Shown piece after piece: positions 1 to 11,218 of a stretch of 64,000 nt of DNA. The stretch comes from Lytechinus pictus. Taxonomy: Eukaryota. Every line of letters starts with the position of its first letter. Positions within the stretch are counted from its first letter, which is position 1. A program made the translations under genes and the position numbers. The notes under the pieces were generated by a model that saw nothing but the letters and a program-made list of their open reading frames with translations, made no database searches and was not told where the DNA came from. The DNA lies in assembly GCF_037042905.1 (NCBI RefSeq), contig NC_087252.1, forward strand, positions 36,766,001-36,830,000, written 5' to 3'.

Positions 1-257
1 AGGCAGTGCGCGCACACACTGGACACATTTTCAATGAGCTTGGAAGCGAGTTACACTATAGCAAGAGTTTACAGTTTAAGACCGTAACACATGTTCACGA
101 CTCAAACCATGTTATCTCACAGAACCACCACTACAGAAGCAGGGTCTTGATTAGAATGGATTTTCATCTCTATTGACACAGACAAAAGAATCATGTTCTG
201 TAACGATTCTGTTGAACTTTGGTTCACAACACAAAAAACAGAAAATAACGAAGAGTT

Positions 258-302
258 ACCTCGAAATTTTCGGCTGCTAACTGCAACCTTCGTCAGCGAT
301 GT
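258..302 (-). ncRNA. Second hammerhead copy in the inverted pLTR
   Basis: Reverse complement of 2696-2740. Confidence 0.65.
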
Positions 303-630
303 GACCCGATTTGACCTTAGTGACGTAATGGTCGATGATCGGGTCGTAGACATTCGGAAGCTTGTATCGCCCCCCGTCTCTGTTGAGAGAAGGTCTGAAC
401 GCCCGGATGTAGATGGCCTCTTTCACACCTCTCTCGAAGTACCGCGGCTCCCTGTTCAGCACTTGTACCTTGTTGATGTCAACACGATGGCCAGGGGATT
501 CGATGTGGATGTGCTGAGATACCTCGGAGGAAGTGGAGCTAGGGCGTCGGTGTTCAAGGAATCTTGTCCTAAGGGAACGTTCTGTTTCTCCTATATAAGA
601 TTCCTGACATAGACCCTTAGTCGTCTGTCC

Positions 631-2721
631 TTGACAAGGAATCAAATAAATATGACATGGTTGTTGGAGAAGAAAAACGCGGAAAATTCTCGGAATTTTA
701 ACACCAACATCGCGTCAGATTGCATCGGTAAATGGGTGAAAAACTGCTCTGATCGTCTGTTGAGAGATTCTGAATTGTCGGTGTTAGTGAAAGGGCTTAA
801 TTTCTCCGTAGCGCCTACAGAGGTTCCCGCTGTTGACATCATCACTAGTACGGAAACCGCATGCCGTAAGTTGAACGAACGCAGTGCTACTGAGTTGAGA
901 TCTAAAGTCGTTGGATTACTGAGCCGACCGAGAAAACTCGAGCCCAATCTCAACAAAGAAGAAACTGAGGCTTTGAACGATTTGAAGAAAGACAAGAACA
1001 TCAGAGTTTTACCAGCAGACAAAGGTAGGACTGTGGTTATTCTGAACACTTGTGATTATAATAGCAAATGTGAATATCTTTTGGATGATACCAACACTTA
1101 CAAGAAACTTGGTTCGAAGGATCCTACAAGCAAGTATAAGAAGGAACTTGTTAGTGCTCTACAAGAAATAGAGAGAGACGGTGGTATCAACAGAGACGAA
1201 TATCGCAGGTTATACCCAACTACAGATACCCCTCCTAAGTTTTATGGTCTCCCTAAAATCCATAAACCGAACATTCCACTTCGACCGATTGTAAGTAGTA
1301 TTGGATCAATTACTTATAACTGTGCCAAGCATCTTGCCTACATTCTGTCACCTTTAGTTGGTCAGACTTGTCACCATGTAACTGGTTCTCAATCTTTTGC
1401 TGAATGTATTAAGAATGCGCGTGTTGAGGAAGACGAGGAACTGAGATCATATGACGTGACAGCTCTTTTCACTTCAGTTCCTATTGACAAGGCCCTGAAG
1501 ATTATCCAATCCAAACTTCAGAGCGTGAACACTTGGAAAGATAGGACTCGCTTATCAGTGGACCACATTGTGAAACTGTTGGATGTTTGCCTGCGATGTA
1601 CTTATTTTGTTCACAATGGCATATAATATCAGCAGATCCATGGAGCAGCGATGGGATCGCCAATTTCCCCCATTGTTTGTAATCTGTACATGGAACATTT
1701 TGAACAATTAGCTCTTGAGTCAGCACCTCATCCTCCAATATGGTGGTTTCGATATGTTGATGATACACACACTAAACTCAAGAAAGAATTCTCGCAGGAA
1801 TTTACTGATCATCTGAACTTGATTGATCCGGACATTCAATTCACCACTGAAGGTGAGGAAGGACGGTCACTGGCATTTTTTGACACTTTGACGGTTATTC
1901 AACCAGACGGCAACTTGGATATCAAAGTTTACCGTAAACCTACGCACACCGACCAATACCTGAACTTCTCCTCTAATCACCCACTTGAACATAAGCTTGG
2001 TGTGATCAAGACTCTTTTCCATCGAGCGGAAGCGGTTATCACAGATCCAGTCACCGTTTCTGAGGAAAAAGCTCACGTTAAACGGGCTCTCTCCAAGTGC
2101 GGCTATCCTAGTTGGGTCTTCAACAAGATCGATAACTCAGCTAAAGGAAAGTCTCCGCCTAGAAAGGACAACCCCAAGCCACCCAAAGGACAGATTGTAC
2201 TTCCGTACGTTAAAGGATTATCGGAAGCCCTTCGTAGGAATTTCAGTCAATTTGGCATTAGGATGTGTTACAAACCAACAAGGACCCTTAGACAGTACTT
2301 GGTTGCGCCGAAAGATAAGACAGAGAAGAAGGATATCACCGGTCCTATTTATTTGATTCCTTGTCAAGGACAGACGACTAAGGGTCTATGTCAGGAATCT
2401 TATATAGGAGAAACAGAACGTTCCCTTAGGACAAGATTCCTTGAACACCGACGCCCTAGCTCCACTTCCTCCGAGGTATCTCAGCACATCCACATCGAAT
2501 CCCCTGGCCATCGTGTTGACATCAACAAGGTACAAGTGCTGAACAGGGAGCCGCGGTACTTCGAGAGAGGTGTGAAAGAGGCCATCTACATCCGGGCGTT
2601 CAGACCTTCTCTCAACAGAGACGGGGGGCGATACAAGCTTCCGAATGTCTACGACCCGATCATCGACCATTACGTCACTAAGGTCAAATCGGGTCACATC
2701 GCTGACGAAGGTTGCAGTTAG
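631..2721 (+). pseudogene. Penelope RT/GIY-YIG endonuclease ORF, 5'-truncated, one nonsense codon
   Basis: ORFs 631-1626 and 1651-2721 are in the same frame, separated by TAA at 1624-1626 (NGI*YQQIHGAAMGSPISP). Motifs: FYGLPKIHK, LRPIVS, SYDVTALFT, RYVDD, YRKPTHT, GPIY..IPC..YIGETER. Confidence 0.93.
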
Positions 2722-2740
2722 CAGCCGAAAATTTCGAGGT
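2696..2740 (+). ncRNA. Minimal type I hammerhead ribozyme in Penelope pLTR
   Basis: ACATCG-CTGACGA-A-GGTTGC(AGTTA)GCAGCC-GAAA-ATTT-CGAGGT: CUGANGA/GAAA core, 6-bp helix II, palindromic AAUU in place of helix III, imperfect helix I. Confidence 0.7.
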
Positions 2741-2866
2741 AACTCTTCGTTATTTTCTGTTTTTTGTGTTGTGAACCAAAGTTCAACAAAATCGTTATCT
2801 TTTACCAACACAGATGAACTTTCATGATCGTAATCATGTTCTGTGTTGACCCTTCCTGACTATTTC

Positions 2867-3565
2867 TGCTCGTTTTGCAGATTTTGCAATTCAGACCTCA
2901 TCCAACACTTTTGAATCATGCTCTTTTCGTGATGGCATGATCATAACATGCATGGTATCATGTTAAAGAGAATTAAATGATCTTTTGAATGATGTCAAAT
3001 ATGCATTTTGGGAAATTGGGAGTTGGGAGAAATTAATGGCCAAACTCAGATTTCCTAATTTTTTTTTGCTCGTTTTGCAACTTTTCAGTTCAGACCTCAA
3101 CCAACACTTTTGAATCCTGCTCTTTTCGTAATGGCATGATCATAACAAGCATGGTATCATTTTAAAGAAAATTAAATGATCGTTTGAATGAAATCAAATA
3201 TGTATTGTGTAACATTGGGAGTTGGGAGAAAATAATGGCCAAACTCAGATTTCTAAACTTTTTTTGCTCGTTTTGCAGCTTTTCAACTCAGACCTCAACC
3301 AACACTTTTGAAATTTGCTCTTTTCGTGATGGCATGATCATAACAAGCATGGTATCATTTTAAAGAGAATTAAATGATCGTTTGAATGATATCAAATATG
3401 TATTGTGTAACATTGGGAGTTGGGAGAAAATATTGGCCAAACTCAGATTTCCAAACTTTTTTTGCTCGTTTTGCAGCTTTTCAATTCAGACCTCAACCAA
3501 CACTTTTGAATCCTGCTCTTTTCGTGATGGCATGATCATGACAAGCATGGTATCATTTTAAAGAG
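2867..3565. repeat. ~198-200-bp tandem repeat, ~3.5 copies
   Basis: TGCTCGTTTTGCA recurs at 2867, 3067, 3265 and 3463. About 1.5 copies of the same unit lie at ~48196-48487. Confidence 0.9.
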
Positions 3566-4337
3566 TATCGTAGCACAAACGCTGAAAACAAAGAATAACG
3601 TACTGTTAGGAAAAAAATTGCTTGCATTTTTTCATCATAAACGTGTCTTCTTTCTTGAATAAAATCCAAGCACCTCGTTGAAATTGAATGTTCTTTAACA
3701 TATTTGAAAATAAAATCCGCCACCGTGGTGCTTATTTATATGATTTTTTGTGAGGGCAGGTCAGAAAACCCCATTCACTTTGTACAGGAAAGCTATATGG
3801 TGAGTTCCAAAAAGATTATGTCATGCGACGATCAATCCCTGTTATTCGAGATACTGTCGCTCTCGCAAAACCTGACATACCCGACTGCTAATGTCCATTC
3901 ACATCGATATTTCGATCGAGTCAAATCATTATTTGTGTAAATAATGCGTGCAGCCAGCACATCATAAAAGCTTGTAAAATTAGACATTGGAATCGTTTAC
4001 TCCTATAATCAAGTTATTTTGTTCGACTTTGAGACCAAATAGTTTAGTGAGTCAGTATCATATTTAAAATTGGAAGTTGACTTGAAACGAATATTTAGTC
4101 ACGCGAATCATGCAAAAATTCCTACGCTTCTAACAGGAGTAATTTAAAAAAAAAAAAAAAAGGACCTTTGTTTACTAAGGTCGATTCCTTGATGGATATG
4201 TATACAAATCAGTTATGCAAAATAGGATTTCTAGCTATTCAAATGTTGTATAATTATCGCGGTAGTTATATCGGAATGAAATCGATTTATTACATTTTCA
4301 CAGTGTGTCAACAACTACTACAAACAAATTGAGAGCC

Positions 4338-7300
4338 ATGGCTGGATCTGCAGATAAAGATTATCAGTAAGTAAGCCTATACTATGTATATTTCCCGACC
4401 CAACCAACCCCCCCCCCCCCCTCGAGAAAAGTGGGATTTCAGGAAAAATATATAAAAAATCAAACTAGCATAAAACTGAAATTTTAATAAAAATAGGATG
4501 TACGTTATAAAAAAAATGATATTTAAAGGTCAAAGCCCCCAAGAAATGTATTAATTTGAATAAATAAAGAAAAATATTTAAAAAAGATATATATAAAAAA
4601 ACAATCATGAAGCTGAAGCCTTCATCAAAATCTGATGTAAAATAAAAAAGTTATGATATTTTGAATTTTCGCATATTTTTCTCAAAACAGTTATATGCAC
4701 AACTCAGTGACATGCAAATGCGAGAGTCTATGATGTCTATCACTCACTATGTCTTTTGTTTTTTATTGTTTAAATTATACAATATTTCAATTTATACAGA
4801 ATTGACAATAATGTAAAACTTGACTAAACTACAGAATGTTAAACAATTTTAATTCCACAAGTTCAGGGAGGAATAAAGCTCGATTTCAAATGACATGGGT
4901 GAGAAAATTAGAATATTTCATATTTCATATAATAAAATACAAAAATAGTGAGTGCGTGGTGTCATCAGTCTCCTCATTTGCATACTGGCCAGGATGTGCA
5001 TATAACTGTTGTGTGAAATTTTGCGAAACTTTAAAATGTTATACCCTTTTTTTTATATAAAAATGAAAGTCAATGACGTAGCCCACTCAATAATCTTTTT
5101 TTTTCTTCTTCTTTTTCTTCATTGTGTTCCATGTTGAATATTTCTTTTTTGTAGAGAGCGTGTGTCAGTGGTAACCCAACATATTCAAGGATGAATCCAA
5201 TCTTCTTTCTCACTATAATGTGTGAAACGCGTTTTAGATAATAAATAGTGAGTGGATAGCGTCATCAGTTCCCCATTTGCCTACGGACAAAGATGAGCAC
5301 ATACATGATTTAACAGTTTTGCAAAATAATAAGTGAACATTGAAACTTAATTTCTATGATTTTACATCTTAACTTGTTAAAATTAGCATTATGCAATTTT
5401 TTTTTCTCGTTTTTTTAATTAGATATTTGCTCTTGTGGACATGTCTTTTAAATACTATCTTAAAATAATTTGATAGGTTATACAGATGAAAGTAGCGGTG
5501 AGTTTACATGATTATAATATATACTTGAATACAAGCGGTGATCTATAATTTAAAAAAAATGCGGCATTTCTTTTTTTTTCTACGTCTTCAGCTTTCTAGA
5601 CCAAAAGCTTCAGTCTCTGTATTTTGGTTTTTCCGCTGAACTGCGTTGGCCCACTCACCAATACATAGAATGAAGAGCTTGGAGGCCCGTACGTACAGAC
5701 AACGTATTAGCAGTAACGTTAGATCTAACATTCGGCGGAAACCCGATTTTCGGATCGTTTTTTTTTTTGTACATAAAATGTCACATTATGAAAAAGAAAT
5801 CACATCCATATTTACGAAAAAATGTTTAAAATTAAGAAATATCGTACCTTAGACCGCAGTTACCGCTCATTCCTTTCAAATGATGATCAAAACATCGTCA
5901 TCTTCGATCCTTTCGTTGGTCAACGTAAGTTGCCATCTTGGATGACGTCATCATCCTTACAGACGTATTTACCAGTCGCTATATATAGCGATTTGTGCCG
6001 CTGCTTTGCGCTTGTAGATGTGCGTGCGTTTGGAACTTGTCGCTCGCATTGATTGGCCAGGATATCGAAAATTTAATCGGAAAGCCTTGTAAAAGCACAA
6101 CTCGTAGACGGCTGCCATTTTTCCCTCTCCGGCAGAAAATTAAAAAATAAGGAATAACCCGGGGAATAACTCATCGGTAACACATATTTTCGATATTTTA
6201 TAGAACTTACATAGTATCAAAAGAAAGATTAGAGTCTAACGAAAATAGTGGGCCTTCATTCAAGATAATATAATGTCATTTAAAAGAAATTAAAATCTGG
6301 AAAAAAAAACCGTCCTCCGAATTGCCGACCAGATTACACATGCAGGCTCGCACTAGCACACTACCGTCGGTGAATGGGGATTTAGTAAAATGTCAGAAAT
6401 TGTTGAATAAATCCCCAGAAACGACGTTTATTCCTGTCTACAGCTTTTCATGCGTTTCATTATTTTCACGTACAATGTTTAAGGTCCAGCGAGAGGATGG
6501 TTACCGATCGCGAAATCTTAAAGATAAATGCCAGTTGTGGTAACGATCTCAAAATGACTTTTTACAGAATCCAATATATGAATAAAAAACATGTGCCGAA
6601 GGATTCTGGAAGAAATTGTGTAATCGCTGAGAAATAAGCGCGGATTCGGGCACTTCCGTCAGGTCTTTATTCCAGCAGTATAATATACACTGTACCGCGT
6701 ATGCCTATCTGTGTTGGCGATCTTCAGTGTGATTGTTTTTCAGCTTAGATTTTATGATTTCACAAAGTTCAGTTCATGTAACTGTACCAGATCTGGATCG
6801 ACGATGATAAAGCAATACTTAACCTTGGTTTTACAGACTCTCTCATGAAATAAGTGTTTTACTGCAACTACTGTAATTTAGCTTTAAACTTGTCAAGCGT
6901 CATGCCATTCGACAGTTCGATACACTCAAAGTGTGGTACGGTATGTCACTATTAAAACAGCTGCCATAGGACTTGTGTGCCAAAATTTATTAATTTTTTT
7001 TCATTTACTATTTTGTAATATTTTTTTTTGCTTCAATGGGGTCCCTTTCGACCAAAAATGATGGGGTTCAAATTTCGGCTCGGTGTAAGAATGGCAGAGG
7101 TAAAAATGGCAAAGGTAAAAATGGCAGAGGTAAAAATGGCAGAGGTAAAAATGGCAAAGGTAAAAATGGCAGAGGTAAAAATGGCAGACGTAAATATGGC
7201 AAAAGTAAAATGGCAGAGGTAATAATGGCAGAAGTAAAAATGGCAGAGGTAAAAATGGCAGACGTAAAAATGGCAGAGGTAAAATGACAGAGGTAAAAAT

Positions 7301-10300
7301 GACAAAGGTACCTGATGATAACACTTGAGTTGGTATTTCTTTTTTTTCCTGGACTTATATGCACGACCTTCTTAAGTCAAATAGCTCTTCTAATATTCAA
7401 ATATGAAAAAAAAAAACACTCTGAGTCCCAAATATTGTACTGCATTTATTAAAGGGGAAATTCACATTGACATAAAGTTTATTAAAATGATATTGGTGAT
7501 AGTAAGGGGGAATCCATCAATGATTTAAAAAAGCTACTAAAATTTTACATTTAATGGGGACGTCACTTGCGAGCAGTTTTCCTCATATATGGTGTAATTA
7601 AAAATATCAATGAAATGACATTTTCTAAACATATGAAAATGGTTTTAATTGTACCTTAAAGATTCTAACATGCAAATAATTTCACATCCGGTCCTGAAAG
7701 ATTTTTTTTAATTAGGAATAATGGACCACTGACAAAAAAATTGAAAAGTAGACATTTTGGTGCATAAATTACGGGGTAGTTACTAGTATATGACGTCACA
7801 GATCAAAAACTCAAGCTTCTAATAACTTTCTTAATCTTTGATGGGTTCCGCAAACCTTCACCAATATATTTTTTCTGCTATTTTCAGCAGGGTGTCAGGT
7901 TGTCAGGGTGAATTTCCGCTTCAAAACAGGTCGATAGAATGGTAACTAAGAAACATCTAAAAATCTAAATCCCTGATTCGCTACACATTTCAAAATTCAT
8001 GCGGTCACCGTTACCATAGAAACTAGTTACTGATATCCACTTGGACTGAGGTATTATTCTGAAAAAAATGAATACTTGTTGCTATTATTATATCATTTAC
8101 ATTTAACTATATACGTATCATATCAATATCTATTCGGATCCATTATGATGTTGAAATATGAAAAATTACTTTTATTACAGAACGTTTTGTTGTTTTTCTG
8201 CTATCCAAGTTATGTAAGTGGTTCAAAGAAATCCCGAACTCGTCTATTTCAGTTTGTTAATGGTAGCGTGCATTGGTGTTTACATTACAATTCGTTTGGT
8301 ATGTATATGATGAAGTGCTGTACTGCTATACGAACTGACCAAGATAAATCCTTTAATCACTCACTTATTGAAATCATTTTGGCATGAAAATATTTGAGTA
8401 TAATCATATCAACGATAAAATATAGACCTAAAATTATTATAAATAATCCAAATAATATCTCATCTGTTCATAATATTCATTTTGTCGATAGGAGTCCATT
8501 TGAGGTCAATAATCATGACTGATATTAACTGGAAAGACTCTATCTTTTCCTTGCTGATATAGCATGTCATGATCTTTACCTCTGTCATTTTGCCTCTGCC
8601 ATTATTACCTCTGCCATTTTTACTTCTGCCATTATTACCTCTTCTATTATTACCTCTGCCATTTTTACCTCTGCCATTATTACATCTGCCATTATCACCT
8701 CTGCCATTTTTACCTCTGCCATTTTTACCTTTGCCGTTATTACCTCTGCCATTTTTACCTCTGCCAATTTTCCCCGTTACCCAAATTTCCAGACCCCTCC
8801 TTTTCTTCGTGGGAGGTCTCTTTGGCGCCAAATTGGCTTATACAAAGACCAATAGGATAATCTACTCTTTTTAACTTTTTTTTTCACTTTCTCCCCCAAT
8901 TTTATTTTCAAGTTATCTGAGGTGCACGAGAATGATTATTTGATGATGTTGTGATGTCAATTTTTTTTTTTTCACTTTTACCACATGGGGGTAGACTTTA
9001 CGGAAAATGCTGAAAAATGTAAAATACTGCCCAAAAATATTATTTTCCCTCATGTTGACACTAAAATTAGGACACAAAGATTACAACATGAAATAAATAT
9101 GTATTGTTATACAAACCAATAACAAGAGGAATAGAGCACATTTAATTTATACCATTATTTTAGTCAATTGATGTAAGAATCAACTTTATTTCATGATTTT
9201 ATGCAGTGAAAATCTTACTACAACACTAAATGGAGCAATATCTAATGATGATATTATCTCGAATATGGGCACTTTGTTTTGTTTCTACCCCCCCCCCCCC
9301 TATTCATTCTTACTTACTTAGGTTGCTTTAACTCGTTTTCTATTCAATTGTTTAAATGGTAAAGAAGTACATCGGGAAAAGTTACAAGGACAGCCAATGG
9401 TCTGGTGTGCCCAGAAAACCAAGATGGCTTCAAAAAATGGGGTTTAAAATGGCTGTTGATATTTCAAATGCACATTTTATATCCATCTATGACAGATGGT
9501 TTTGCTGTCTCGATCGTGGTTTCAATCGTCAGAAAATACAATGGGCAAAGTTACAAGGGCAGTCAGTGGACCACTGTCAGTCTCGTATGTTGAAATATCC
9601 AACATGGCTTTCAAAAAAGGGAGTTTAAAATTGTTGCTGCTACTTAAAAACACCCGACATATAGTTTGTTTAATATCCGGGAATATGATTGTTTGTGTCT
9701 ACCATGGGTCAAATGATGGAGAGTCGATGGTCAAGTATGTTAAAACATGGAGTACATATTAGCCACAGCTGTTTACAAAATTGGTTGACATGTGATATCC
9801 GTCAAGGGTATATGGTTTTGATTTCTAAACCGTGATTTTTAAAGTCAGAAAACTAGTTACAAGGACAGTCAGTGGTCTAGTATCTTACATCGGTCGCGAT
9901 TGATCGATCACTGAATTACCTCTTCAACCGTACTCAGTGACCGATTGTTATTGACCAAAACGGTCGGTCGCTGAGCACGATGAAATGATTTCACATCATG
10001 ATCATCAGTCGCCAGGTCCGGTCGACCGTACCCAGCGGCCGTACCTTGACGTGAAAGCAAAAAATTGTCACTGTGGGGTTGTTGCCCCCAGAATTCTATA
10101 CGATAAAGTACAATGAAATGAGTAAGCCTTCTTTTTATTGGATAGAAGTTGTTGTTTCAAATCATATCTATAGGTAAGCTCATGGTATATTGTGTAGTTT
10201 AGGTGATAATTGTATTTCCAGACACAAGGAGCAAATAAATCTTCTTTTAAATAGATAGATAGATATATTTGAATGTAATATTGAGGTCCTGATATCCACA

Positions 10301-11176
10301 GTTAATTAAAAAAATCATATTACAATATGCTAGATAAGGCAACATTTATTCTAGTCCTAATAGACCCATCTCCGTGATCAGGAAAAGATCTAGATCGGCT
10401 ACGCTTTAATTTTTTTTTGTGGAGCGTTGTGGCCCAGTGATTAGTCTTCGGAGTTTGAAACAGAGGGTCGTGGGTTCGAATCCCAGCCATGGCGTAATTT
10501 CCTTCAGCAAGAAACTGATCCACAATGTGCTGCAATCAACCCAGGTGAGGTTAATGGGTACCGGTAGGAAGTTATTCCTTAAAAAGCTGTGTGCGCTATC
10601 AACGCCTGGCTTAGCCGGGTAATATAGGAGCGCCTTGAGCAACTAACAAGTTGGATATGTGCGCATTATAAATACCCTATATTATTATTATTATTAATTC
10701 CCATTGTCCACAACTTGATGTTCTGTTGGTATATTAAACAGCAACCGGACTTCTTCCAGAAATCTAGGGTTATTGTTCTATATTCTATCAAATGGGTCCT
10801 CTTCTCATTGTTCACTTCTCTTTCTTATTCAAGACCTTCCGTAAGATATGAGCTGTTCCAAGCAAACTTGCCTTCTGTATCGTTTCAAAGGACACCTCGA
10901 CTCCTAGAACAGCCAGAAAGCTTCTGTGTCTTGTTGTCACTGTTCCTAAGGCTCCGATGACTATTGGTACCACCTTCGTCTTCACCTTCCATATCCTTCT
11001 CAGCTCCCATGCCAGATCGTTATACTTCTGTATCTTTTCCTCCTCTTTACGCCAAGCTCTGCAGTCTCCCGGAATCGCAATATTTATGATGAGACATTCC
11101 TTTTCCTTCTTCTTTAAGAGAACGATGTCTGGTCGTCTAGCTTCAATGACCTTGTCTGTCTGGATATTATTATGAA

Positions 11177-11218
<42 letters not shown>

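Larger units (their letters stand above)
201..2831 (+). mobile_element. Penelope-like retroelement, 5'-truncated, with inverted pseudo-LTR
   Basis: RT plus GIY-YIG ORF. 201-652 is the reverse complement of 2346-2797. Flanked by direct repeat AATCATGTTCTG(T) at 189-200 and 2832-2843 (TSD). A paralogous empty site is at ~48106-48200. Confidence 0.95.

Noticed and set aside
193-645. Separate GIY-YIG gene (277-645, minus) and antisense ORFs
   Set aside because: Inverted duplicate of the Penelope 3' end.
7001-8874. Periodic ORFs (MAEVK, GKNGR, LPFLP repeats)
   Set aside because: Translations of 15-bp transposon arrays, open in several frames on both strands.
10421-10495. tRNA-Gln-like gene (also 51592, 51250-51327, 41445-41505)
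   Set aside because: Stems do not close into a cloverleaf; the longer copies continue into SINE bodies or tails.
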